Position numbers and translations under genes: made by a program
The notes under the pieces: model-generated
The model's database searches: none
What the model was told of the DNA's origin: nothing
The model's input: only the letters and a program-made list of their open reading frames with translations
Assembly (NCBI GenBank): GCA_951406725.2
Contig: OX597829.1
Location: 34,534,001-34,598,000, forward strand
DNA length: 64,000 nt
Direction of reading: 5' to 3'
Source of the DNA: Octopus vulgaris
Lineage: Eukaryota
Shown here: piece by piece, positions 28,930 to 41,217 of the stretch
How positions within the stretch are numbered: the stretch's first letter is position 1
How the letters are laid out: each line of letters opens with the position of its first letter

Positions 28930-30652
28930 TCTTGCTTGGGAAAGTCTCATAAATTTCCAAAAGTCTCGGTCACTAGTCATTGCCTCGGTGAGGCCTAATG
29001 TTCAAAGGTTGTGCTTCACTACCTCATCCCAGGTCTTCTTGGGTCTACCTCTTCCTCAGGTTCCCTCAACGCTAGGGTGTGGCACTTTTTCACACAGCTA
29101 TCCTCATCCATTCTCGCCACATGACCATACCAGCGCAAACGTCTCTCTTTCACACTACATCTGATGCTTCTTAGGTCCAACTTTTCTTGCAAGGTACTTA
29201 CACTCTGTCAAGTATGCACACTGACATTACACATCCATTGGATCATACTAGCTTCATTCCTCGCGAGCTTACGCATATCCTCAGCAGTCATGGCCTGTTT
29301 CACTGCCATGTAGCATGGCTGTTCGTACACATGCGTCATACTGTCTACCTTTTACTCTGAACGAGAGGCCCTTTGTCACCAGCAGAGGTAAGAGCTCTCT
29401 GAACTTTGCCCAGGCTATTCTTATTCTAGCAGCTACATTTTCAGCTCACCCTCCCCCCGTTACTGCCTTGGTCACCTAGGTAATGGAAGCTATCGACTCC
29501 TTCAAGTTTTTCTCCCTGGAATGTGACAGAAGTTGTTCTCTGCCACATACAAAAACTATCTTCCCAGTTAGCCTTCCTTTGATATTGCTGCACCTCTTAT
29601 GTGTCCATAGCTTACACTGGGTACATCTTATAGAGTTTCTACCTATGCCTTTTCTACAGATCGAGCAGAGCCATCTACCTGAAGGGATTTGTGGTTTGCC
29701 TGCCCTTCTACTTATTAGGACTTTGGTTTTAGCTAGGTTGACTCTAAGGCCCTTCGATTCTAATCCTTGTTTCCACAACTGAAACTTCTCCTCTAGTTCT
29801 GATAGTGACTCAACAATTAGAGCAAGGTCGTCAGCATAGAGGAGCTCCCAGGGGCATCATGTCTTGAATTCCTCTGTTATTGCCTGGAGGACTATGATAA
29901 ATAGGAGGGGGCTCAGGACTGAACTTTGGTAGACCCCTATCTCTACCCAGAATTCTTCACAGTACTTGTTGCCAACCCTCACCTTACTGACAGTGTCCTT
30001 ATACATGGCTTGCACAGCTCTCACTAACCATTCATCTATCCCTAGTTTCCTCATTGACCACCAGATAAGGGATTGGGGGCCCTGTCAAAGGCTTTCTCCA
30101 TGTCAACAAAAGCCAGGTACAGAGGTTTATCTTTGGCCAAATATTTCTCCTGCAGCTATCTTACCAGAAATATAGCATCAGTGGTGCTTTTCCCTGGCAT
30201 GAACCCAAACTGCATCTCATCTAAACTGACTCTCTCCCTAATTAGTTGGGCTATGACCCTCTCTGTGACCTTCATTACCAGATCCAACAACTTGATACCT
30301 CTGTAATTATTTGTATCTAAAGCGTCACCTTTACCTTTGTAGCGGTTGACTATAATGCTGTTACACCAGTCATTGGGTATGACTCTTTCGTGCATCACCT
30401 GGTTAACTATATGGGTGGCTAGGCTATAGCCGACACTGCCAGATATTTTGAGCATCTCTGCAGTGGTTCCTGATGGGCCGGGGGCTTACCCTGTCTTCAT
30501 ACTCTTAATTACTTTATCTACCAAGGTACTATCAACTCGGATAGGTGGTCCCTCCGTTGGGTCGATATTTGGCAGACTCTCTTTCTTACATTCATTTTCT
30601 TTATTCAGCAACCTTTCATAGTGGTGTCACCAAACCTCACTCTTTGCAGCCT
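28930..30652 (-). mobile_element. RTE LINE, 5'-truncated, RT domain with frameshifts
   Basis: YKGKGDALDTNNYRGIKLL, MQFGFMPGKSTTDAIF, QSSVLSPLLFIIVL and LLYADDL (RC of AAGGTCGTCAGCATAGAGGAG), followed by a Cys/His cluster CSIC...CTQC...HKRC...FVC. Confidence 0.9.
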
Positions 30653-30732
30653 CATCTAATTTATAAATATATCTAAATATATGCACTTTTTAATCCCCAG
30701 TGCAGCATAATTCAAGATTCGTTATAAATCTT

Positions 30733-30809
30733 GAATTATGCTTGCACTGAGGATTAAATAGTGCATTCCTGCACTAATTATGAAATCACAGTGATATGCA
30801 GCTAAATTC
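30733..30809 (+). ncRNA. Type I hammerhead-like fold (third family)
   Basis: UUGCA-CUGAGGA-UUAAAUAGUGCA(UUCC)UGCACUAAUUAU-GAAA-UCAC(A)GUGA-UA-UGCAG. Stem II is closed by U.U. Confidence 0.65.
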
Positions 30810-30922
30810 TGTTTTTAAATGACTTGCTTTGAGAGTTGCATTCGGTATGATGTATTTATTTATTTTGGTAGTTTTGACTTTGAGTCCCTCCTAGCGTGTG
30901 GCATTTATGTGTAATAATGCCC

Positions 30923-30994
<72 letters not shown>

Positions 30995-31638
30995 CCCTCC
31001 ATTGGGTCGATATTCGGCAGACTCTCTTTCTCACACATATATATATATATTTAGATATATTTATAAATTAGATGAGGCTGCAAAGAGTGAGGTTTGGTGA
31101 CACCACTATGAAAGGTTGCTGAATAAAGAAAATGAATGTGAGAAAGAGAGTCTGCCGAATATCGACCCAACGGCGGGACACACACACACACACACATATA
31201 TATATATTATATAGAGGGCATTACTATACATAACATATAGATATCATCATCATCATCATCATCATCATTTAGCGTTCGCTTTCCATGCTAACATGGGTTG
31301 GACGGGTCAACTGGGGTCTGTGAAGCTGTAAGGCTTCGTCAGGCCCAGTCAGATCTGGCAGTGTTTCTACTGCCAGATCTGACTGGGCCTGACGAAGCCT
31401 TCCAGCTTCACAGACATAATTTAAAAATAGGATAAAATCTTTATAAGTTAGTGTGAAAAACCTCATACGAGAAAAAAATACACCAATTTTTTCACTTAAA
31501 TATATATATTTATATTATATAGTGGGCATTAATATACATAAATGCCACACGCTAGGAAGGACTCTTAAAGTCAAAACTACCAAAATAAATAAATACAGCG
31601 TACCAAATGCAACTCTCAAAGTAAGTCATTTAAAAACA

Positions 31639-31714
31639 GAATTTAGCTGCATATCACTGTGATTTCATAATTAGTGCAGTAATGCACTTTTTAATCCTCA
31701 GTGCAGCATAATTC
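31639..31714 (-). ncRNA. Type I hammerhead-like fold (third family, second copy)
   Basis: Minus strand: GAAUUAUGCUGCA-CUGAGGA-stem II(AGUGCA/UGCACU)-GAAA-UCAC(A)GUGA-UA-UGCAGCUAAAUUC. Confidence 0.65.
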
Positions 31715-31839
31715 AAGATTTGTTATAAATCTTGAATTATGTTTGCACTGAGGATTAAATATTTATTTATCTTGGTAGTTTTGACTTTAAGAGTCCCTCC
31801 TAGTGTGTGGCATTTATGTATAGTAATGCCCTCTATATA

Positions 31840-31873
<34 letters not shown>

Positions 31874-31874
<1 letters not shown>

Positions 31875-32160
31875 GAGGTGCAATGGCCCAGCGTTTAGGG
31901 CAACGGACTCGTGGTTTCGATACCCAGATTGGGCATTGTGAGTGTTTATTGAGAGAAAACACCTAAAGCTCCACGAGGCTCCGGCAGGGGGTGGTGGTGA
32001 TCCCCGCTGTACTCTTTCGCTACAACTTTCTCTCATTCTTTCATCTGTTGGCCTGCTCGCTTAGCCAGCGGAGTGGCGTCATTTGAAGGCTAAAACAATG
32101 TGAAGCGCATTGTGACCAGCGATGTGTAGCAGCATCTGATAGCCCGGTCGATCGCTGTGA
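31874..32160 (+). mobile_element. tRNA-derived SINE (second family)
   Basis: Head GGAGGTGCAATGGCCCAGCG...GGTTTCGATACCC (A/B-box-like). Its 3' part recurs inverted at about 7446-7535. Confidence 0.7.
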
Positions 32161-32589
32161 TATATATGTATTAGAAGGTTTGGAGATGATGTACAGGTAT
32201 TATATATTAGTAGAAATGAGGTACTCAGAAATCTGGATGGGTTTATATGAAAGTGTCACCTCTGGATTTTGCAAATGACCTCTACACTGATACGTAACTG
32301 GACAGAATAAATTTACAATCTATAAATGTCTTTGAATAACCAGTCACTCATCTGGGAAGGCCTTGAAATCAATGTTACCATCTGGGGACTATGTGTGACC
32401 CAGTGATAATAAAAAGACTGAAAGCAGGTCTGCAATCAAATAACTTTACTCAACACTTTGCAACTGAATTAGTAGAGGCAAAGATGCCTCTCATTTACTT
32501 GACAATTTATGCACCACATTGCAGAAATCACAATCTAAGTATATGTCAAAGCAAACTCTTACACTGTTGTACCATTGAATTACCAACAA

Positions 32590-34870
32590 TGCTCATCTTT
32601 TATGCTCGGGTGACCCTACAGCTTCCAAGAGTACAACTGTTTTCGTCTTTTCGTAGATAAAATGATGGCTGAGTGAGCTGACCAGGTACAAAAACTTGTC
32701 TACCACTTTCAGAATTTTTCCTCCAACTAAGATAGCTGGTTCCACATATGGATTTCCTGGTGCAGGCTGGAACAAGAGTCTTGTCCAGGCTAATATTGAG
32801 TACAAATGCCTTGCAAGAGGCAGAAATATGATTTATAAGTATTTGCATGTCATCCACTGTATGAATAACTAATTCACAGTCATCTGCATAAAGGAGTCAC
32901 AAATAAGAGACTGGAAAACTTTTGAATTGGCAGCAGATCAATGCAGATTACCTGACATATATTCCCAGAGAGCTAACCTTAGCAAAAGCATGAGTAAAAG
33001 CAGCAGCAAAGTACAAAGAAAAGAGAGTTGGGGCAAGGATGTCACCCTGCTTGACACCATTCTCTAAAGAAATGGGTCCCGCCATGCCACTGCCAACATT
33101 GACCCAAGCCTCCAACCCATCATGAAATGATTAATTATAGATACAAAGTCATCCAGACATCCAAGTTTGCCAAATATTTTCCATAGTAAGGCCCTATACA
33201 CAGTATCAAAGGCCTTCATTAAATCAATGAATGACTGGACAAGATCCATATTCTGCTCATAGCACTTCTCTTGCATCTGTCTTGCTGTGAAAATCATATC
33301 CATTTTCCTTCTACCAGATCAGAAGCCACATTGAGATTCAGATAGGACATCATTTACGAGACACCCATTCAGGCGAGTATGAAAGAATATTTGCCAGCAG
33401 CAGATAGTAGGGCAATACTTCTGTAGTTACCACACATTGTTCTGGCTCCTTTTCCTTATAGAGAGGGAAATTAATTGCATCCTTCCAGTCCTTAAGCATT
33501 GCACCATCCCTCCAGACTGCACTAAGTTTATGAAGGGACTGTATGATGCAATCACCACCGAATCGCAAGACCTCAGCACAAATTCCATTCTTTCCAGGTG
33601 CCCTACCAAGATTCAATTTACTTATTGATGTCATTACTTCATCTGTTGAGGGCATGGAATTTAAGGAGCCAGTGATAGGTCTTTGTTGCATAGTATCAGT
33701 CACTGTTTCACCCACAACTGACTCATGGTTTAAGAGTTCAGAGAGGTGTTTGATCCAGTGACCTATGGGTTCTGTTGATTTAGTAAATAGAGTGGAAGAC
33801 TCCTTGGAAAGCAAAGGAGCTGATGTGGAGCTCTTAGTCCCATAAACATGCTTCATAAGCTTCTTGCAGTATTTGCATCAGCAGCAGCCTGAACATCACA
33901 AGCAAGATCTTCCTGAGAGATTGCTGCAGTAGTGATTTTACACTACTATAGTGGGCAAGTGCTAGATTTCGCTGCACAGCTGAAAGTCCTCTGTACATTG
34001 TGGGCATGGCGCTTTATAGCTATTAGTTGCTGAACTTCAGCATCATTTTCATCAAACCAGTCTCTAATGTCTGGCAGTAGTATATCCCAGTGTTTCAGCA
34101 GCACATTGAAGAACCTGGTCTCAAAAATATTCCCATGCTGCAGTATTTTCAATGCTGGACATGCGAGTCTGAAGCTCTTTCCTCAACACAGCATCATATA
34201 TCTTGTGGACATTCAGATACTGAGGAATACCAAATGGCCCTTTTCTCTCTTTCACTCTAATCATCATCCAGAACTTTGCTCACACCAGACTGTGGTCTGT
34301 CCAGCATTCCAATCCATGAAAAGACTTGACATTACAAATGTCATAGATGTCACACTTGCAGATGATGACATAATCCAGCAAGTGCCAAACTTTAGACCTT
34401 GAATGTATCCATGTTGTTGTGTGATCACCTTTGTGCATAAAACGAGTGCTTATGATGTAAAGTCCATGTTCATCGCAGAGCTCCAGCAGCATGAGACCAT
34501 TGCTATTCATTTTCCCTACACCAAAATGTCCTAGAGAGTTCCTTGTTTGCCAGTCTGTTCCAACCCTGGCATTGAAATCCCCCAGTAGAATGACTTTATC
34601 AGAATTGGGGATTTTCCTAAATATGGCTCTCAGCTGGATATAAAAAATAGTTTTATCTTCATCACAACTAGTTAAAGTAGGTGCAGAGGCACTTATTAGA
34701 GTAGCAAACCGCCCTCCTTTCAGGTGCAATTGTAGTCATTAGACGTTCAATTATAAGAACAGGAAGCTCCTCCAACTTGTTCAAGATATCAGATCGAACT
34801 GCAAAACCAACACCAGCCTCTCTGTGCTTTCCTTTCTGCCTCCTCTTCCAAAACAAGGTGTATCCTCAAG
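32590..34870 (-). mobile_element. Degenerate RTE/BovB-like LINE (endonuclease plus RT)
   Basis: Broken ORFs with GVGFAV, ISASAPT, GDFNARVG, TDH, GRAPGKNGI, DMIFTARQMQEKC, FIDLMKAFDTV and YADD (RC of TCATCTGCATA). Confidence 0.88.
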
Positions 34871-34874
34871 CTGA

Positions 34875-34941
<67 letters not shown>

Positions 34942-35044
34942 AAATAAGTTAGGGGTTGTGGATCCAACCCTCTAAGGGATAATACTTATCCAATATACTG
35001 TTCTTATATATACATATGTGTGTGTATGTATGTATAAGTTTGTA

Positions 35045-35225
35045 TACCATCGCTTGATAACCGATGTTGGTGTGTTTACGTCCCCGTAACTTAGCGGTTC
35101 GGTAAAAGAGACAAATGGAATAAGTAGCAGGCTTACAAAGTACAAGTCCTGGGGTCGATTTGTTCGACTAAAGGCAGTGCTCCAGCATGGCCGCAGTCAA
35201 ATGACTGAAACAAAAGCATAAAAGA
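35045..35225 (+). mobile_element. SINE 3' portion
   Basis: ...GTGCTCCAGCATGGCCGCAGTCAAATGACTGAAACAA end; opposite-orientation relatives at about 12930-13130 and 39065-39395. Confidence 0.65.
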
Positions 35226-35290
35226 ATATATATACACACACAGACATATATATATATATATATAGACATATATACACATATATATACACA

Positions 35291-35338
<48 letters not shown>

Positions 35339-35356
35339 ATATATATATACACACAC

Positions 35357-35390
<34 letters not shown>

Positions 35391-35889
35391 GTGCGTGTTT
35401 GTATCTTTGAGAGGAATCTATGGCTATAGTTTTTTTGTTTTTTTTTGCCAGACAATAGCGTCATTCAACTTTCCGTTTACTTTTGACATTTAACTTGTTT
35501 GTTTCTCAATGTCTCACTGTGTATGTGTGTGAGATAGATAGATAGATAGATAGATACATAGATAGATGACGTATGTGCACGAGAGAAACATCTATTCAAT
35601 ATATGTACTAATTTTTGTCTCCTTTTCCCTTTATTGTGACGTTCCTTAATATATATGTACTCACTTAGATATCGTCACACGGAAAAAAAATAAAACTCTC
35701 GCAGCTTTGTCGTTTTACCAGCTAGAAATAGCAGCCAAATTTCCAGAAATTAAACCCTACCTTCCTGTGTAAAGGAAGTATACATTGGCAAATGTAGGAC
35801 TCCGCACCCCTTAAAATATGAAGTAGTGCCTTGTATCAGAGATGATTTGAGGTTAAACAACATTTGGCCCAGTTGAATCTCACGAATCT

Positions 35890-35990
35890 ACCTTGACGTT
35901 CCACATTGGAGTGCGCAGACTCACGCACCATTCTTCTCTATTCCGATTGGTTACGACACTCTGCTCTGTTCTGATTGGTTACGACATTCT
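35890..35990 (+). promoter_or_regulatory. Putative septin promoter with three inverted CCAAT boxes
   Basis: ATTGG at 35905, 35946 and 35974, the last two inside a repeated GATTGGTTACGACA. CpG-richer than the flanks and 100-200 bp upstream of the ATG exon. Confidence 0.6.
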
Positions 35991-36085
35991 ACTGGTGGTG
36001 TGAGTCGTGCAATTCATCACAGATCTTCAGTGCTTCGCAAAGACGACGTATTGTACCTTCTCGATTTAATTTCACTTGCCGCACC

Positions 36086-36109
36086 ATGACAGCTGTAGAG
36101 ACTCTAATG
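36086..36109 (+). CDS. Septin (SEPT6/8/10/11 group, Drosophila Sep2-like), exon 1
   Basis: Kozak-like GCACC-ATG, MTAVETLM, strong ATG|gtaagg donor; phase 0 matches exon 2. Confidence 0.72.
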
Positions 36110-36808
36110 GTAAGGGGCTATCTTAGCAATCTTTCCACACACGCATTCCTTATACTCATAAATACGTTACAAACATTCATTATATATGTACGCTTTTTAA
36201 TATAAGCTATTAATATATATTTTTATTTTATTTGTAAACATAATAAGCATAATCTATATTTGACTGTTCATGTATATATATTTTTGTCTATCGTTTACTT
36301 TATAGTAATAATATAATAATTCATCAGAAATATTCCAGCTGCGACCTCACCGGTTCTTCCTATCTGGAGGCAGTGTGCATCACTTTAAGACAGGTAGCGG
36401 GAGGAGGTGTAATTGACTGTTATTTCTAGTAGTTCAAGCGACCGCTTGAGTATTCCTAGTTGTTTTCCTGTGTACACTGGAAATGATCTATCTTTTAAAG
36501 TGTTGTAAGAGCTTAAATAACATTTCTGAGATGGAGATATTGCATTTATTTCTAGATTTCCAGCTGTATCCGTATCTATATCTCTATTTGTATGTTATCT
36601 ACCCATCTATCAATTCTATCGACGTTTTTAAGTAAATATTTCTTCAATCTATATATTTTTGTCATCTCTTTCTTTCTCTCATCCTCTTTCTCTATATATT
36701 CGTATGATGATCTTCCTTATATTTCGAAATTTCGAACCTTCCACATTAATATTTCTCTGGCAATCTATCCGTTTCTTTATCTTTCTATCTCTTTTTATCT
36801 ACACTCTC

Positions 36809-36895
<87 letters not shown>

Positions 36896-37430
36896 TCCAT
36901 CCTAAATGCCATTCTATATCCATTCACATTACCTCCTCATCCGTCTGTCTGTGTGTCATTACTTGCTCACCCCTTGTCATGCACGCAATTTCCTCACAGT
37001 CTCTCTCTCTCTCTCGACCTTATGACATTACTAAACTGTACAAAAAAGGAAACTAGCAACTTATGGGGGCGTGATACTTTTCAAGTTAAGTGGATAACAC
37101 AAAGAAGCATAAGTATACATTTGAAATTATAAAAAAAAAAACAAGAAGAGATAGATGAGCGCAATATACATATGATGGACATAAATGCAGACTGAAAGAT
37201 ATTGCCAATACTTTTTTTTTCCTTCTTTTTTCCTAATTCTTCAATTTCAACCGAGCACACATGGCTGCATACTTTCAACCAAATATCTGTACCACGACCA
37301 TCAACACCCAACCCCCTCAACCGACATTCCAGCGTGAGACCAGATAATTGCTGCAGATTGAAGTGGGATACAGGAAGTTCTAAAAAGACTACATAATTCA
37401 CTTGCTACTAGGCTGGTGATAATATGAGGA

Positions 37431-37472
<42 letters not shown>

Positions 37473-37566
37473 GTATATAAATAAATAAATATATATATAT
37501 TATATATATATATAGGCAAAGATCTACTAGAGACGAAAGATCGCCATATATATATATATATATATA

Positions 37567-38834
37567 GTTAATGTTGACATTATTACCCAGAAACGAAATC
37601 GAAAAAAGATAGTGCAACGGGTGTAAAAAAAAAAGGTGTAGGAAACGAATATAAAAACAAAAATGCGCGGAAAGCAACGGGTGGGGAGAGAGAGACTTCG
37701 GAAAATTCATTTTTTTTTGTTTTTTTTTCAATGAAATTTTATATAAATACCTCTCAAACGGCATAGATTACGATTATAACGAAATTTGTGGGTAAAATCT
37801 TTTCCGAAGGGGTGGGGAGAGAACTTCGGAAAATTTACAAGATCCGGTTTTTTCCCTCGTAACTTTAAGGAAAATGGATATCTTTTAATGAAATTGTTTA
37901 TAAATACCTTTCAAAAGGCATGCATTACGGATGCCTAACATGCCACAAACCCCTTATTTTAGTTCGGGAAAAGGTGGGTGGACCCCAATAAATGCGTTCT
38001 TGAAGCTGAGAAGCGAAACTGCATTAGCCACTTTTCTTTACCCATATTTTAAGATAACATTTTGCAGAAATATAATGTAGATTACATTGTATTGAAAATT
38101 GAAACAAGTTTGAAAAGAATAATAAGTGAAAATGCTGCAGTTATAAAAATTAGTGGTAACCAAAGTCTGAACAGGAGAAAGAAAGAATGATACAAAATCC
38201 TTATAAAAATCACGTTAGTGTTTGTGTGTGAAACAAGTAAAATTATAATATTAAAACAAAAAATATATTTTACATACCTCTTAAAAATCACTGTATATAT
38301 TAATCTCAAATTGTAGATTGTAGCATATTAAGGTCACCGTAATTCATTCATCGATAAAGAAAAAAAGGGAATGCATTTTCCAATAATTCCGGTTTCTCCC
38401 CACCCTTTTTTTTTTTTTTTTCTGAACTAAAATAAGGGGTTTGAGGGCACATTAGGCATCCGCAATGCATGCCTTTTGAAAGGTACTTATATACAATTTC
38501 ATTAAAAGATATCCATTTTCCTTAAAGTTACAAGGGAAAAAACCGGATCTTGTGAATTTTCCGAAGTCCTCTCCCTACCCCTTCGAAAGAGATTTTACCC
38601 ACAAATTTCTTTATAATCGTAATCTATGCCATTTGAAAGGTATTTATATAAAATTTCAATAAAAAAAAACCCTATTTTCCTAAACGTTATGAGAGAAAAA
38701 CTCAGGTCTTGTGAATTTTCTGAAGTCTTTTTCCCTCATTGCTTTCTGCACATTTTTGTTTTCATATTCGTTTCCTACACTTGTTGCATTTTCTTTTTTG
38801 ATTTCCGTTTCCCAGTAATAATGTCAACATTAAC
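37567..38834. mobile_element. Fold-back / MITE-like element with about 400-bp terminal inverted repeats, inserted in TA
   Basis: GTTAATGTTGACATTATTAC... at 37567 and ...GTAATAATGTCAACATTAAC at 38834. Arms about 37567-37975 and 38400-38834 enclose an AT-rich core. Confidence 0.8.
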
Positions 38835-40905
38835 CATATATATATATATATTGTCAGTATATAACATTGCCTATGTATTAATGTTATATAATGTTAATAT
38901 ATATTATGTATGGCATACCTACGCACTCTTATACAGGTATGCCTATAATATATACCTATAATATACACATACTATATAATAGATTCATGATATATAATGG
39001 GTATACATATATAGATACTGTATTATACTATATATAATGGGTGTGTATATATCTCGTTCATGTATATCTTTTATTTGGTTCAGTCATTAGACTGCAGAGC
39101 CATGCTGGGGACACTGCCTTGAAGGATTTAGTTGAACAAATCGATCATCATCCTCTATACTAATTCTGAACTGCTAAGTTATGTAGGCAGGAACAAAGCT
39201 ACATCAGTTGCCAAGAGGTGGGAGGGGCGAACACTCACACACACATGCATATACATATACAACGGGCTTCCACCAAATTCATTCACAAAGCATTGTCAAC
39301 CCAGGGCTATAGTAGAAGATATTTGCCCAAGACACCACATAATGGGGATGAACCCGAAACGACATGGTTGCAAAGCGAGCTTTTTACCACATGGTCAGAT
39401 ACTATATCTAATAATATAGCTTTACTATCTCTTAAATTATTCTCTATTCCAAGCTGTGTAGTGTACTTTGATAAGGATAAGATGATGTTTAATTTCTCTA
39501 TCTGAAGAATCTTAGTCAATCAAATGTGGGATCACAAGTATGGCTGTATGGGTAAGAAGCTTTCTTTCCAACATCATGGTCTTGGGTTCAGTCCTTTTGT
39601 GTAGCACCTTGAGTAAGTGCCTTCTGCTCTAACCTTGGGCTGATTAAAGCCTTGTGAGTGAATTTCGTAGGCAGAATTTCCATTGTTGTATATGTGTGTC
39701 AAAGTGTTTGTGCCTTCTTTGACAGATTGAAGGAAAAACTGCATTGCAGTGTTTGAGAATTTGCCAATCTCTCCAAAACATGCATAAGCTGATTAAATAA
39801 TTCTCCTTCTCTTGTGTTTTTCTATACTTTGTAGTCTTATATTAAATTTATTAAGTGTTTGAACTTTACATTTACAATTTACAAGTAGTGGAAAGTAATT
39901 TTAAAGCCTACACGGATTACAATGACTTTCACTTGACAATCACTTAGCCAAGTTTGATTCCTACAGAGTAATTATAAAATATTCACTGGATGTTTAATCC
40001 CTTTTCCATTTGTGTGTGTGTGTGTGTGTATACATATATATATATATATGCACACATACTATATCACCATCATTTGACATTCATGTACAGTGCTGCTGTG
40101 GGTAAGATGATGTTTTCACATAATTCAACAGGTCCAAGAACTGCATTCTGCTCCAATATCTATCTGCTTTGACATGATTTCTATGGATGGATGCCCTTCC
40201 TAGTACCATTCATTTTAAAGTGTGTACTGGTTGCTATTTTTTTGAGGATGCAGTACAAGTGAAATTCCCATGCAGTTTGTAAGAGTACATGGCAAAGTGA
40301 GAGACAGAGATAGGGAAGGATTGGAAAGGAGAACATAATGAAGAACAAATATTGAGGAGTGAGTAAAGAAGGAAGAGGTGATGACTATAGAAACTGTGTA
40401 GGGTTCACTGCTGACTAATGATATATCGCAGGGTGACTGACTGGAACAGGGGAGTGTGTGAAAAGACACAATAGGAATAAACAAAATAACATATAATATA
40501 TATAAACATTAATTTTATGCATAAAATATTATGAATATATTCATATGTATTATATAAATATAGCATACACAATGTAATATGCAATTAGATTATATGAAAG
40601 TGTTAATATACATAATATTGCTACGTACATGGGTATACATGTCAGTCTTTGTAAATTTATTTTACATATATAATACACACACACGTATATATGTGTGAAT
40701 GCGGATGTATATGAAATGTGTATATATATATATATACATACATATATACATACATACATGCATATATATATATATATATATATAGTTGTGTGCATAAATG
40801 TGTGTCAACATATGTTTAAAATATACAATGCCTATGGCATAAATGTGTTCTGCTCTTTGTATAAGCCAAAGTCCCTTGACTACTGGAGATAGGGTTGGAC
40901 GATTA

Positions 40906-40946
40906 TTGTGCTGATGATGTCTATTGAAGCAGAAACACGTCCACAA
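40906..40946 (+). ncRNA. Minimal type I hammerhead ribozyme (fourth family) in septin intron 1
   Basis: UUGUG-CUGAUGA-UGUCUAUUGAAGCA-GAAAC(AC)GUC-CACAA. GUC triplet, predicted cleavage after 40941. Stem I is extended by CUGGAGAUAGGGUUGGAC/GUCAACUUAUCUCCAG (40883-40964). Confidence 0.75.
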
Positions 40947-41217
40947 ATGTCAACTTATCTCCAGACAAGTTCTTTTTCTTCAGTGTGTGTGTGTGTGTGT
41001 CAGTTTTGAAGAATTTTTTGAATCTGGAGATTATCTCCCCTTCTCAGGTTGTGTTCTTGTTGTCACCTAGAGGTGAAGATAATTTTAATAATCAAAGATT
41101 TATGTTGTATGTTATTTGATGTCGGTATTTGTGTGTCTGTATGAATATGTGCAGGCACATATATTTGCGGATGTGTGTATATATGCATTCATATATGTCT
41201 ATAGATATGTGTGTATA

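Noticed and set aside
35721-35735. GCTAGAAATAGCA resembles the SpCas9 sgRNA tetraloop
   Set aside because: Only a short match; it belongs to a dispersed endogenous motif and the rest of the scaffold is absent.
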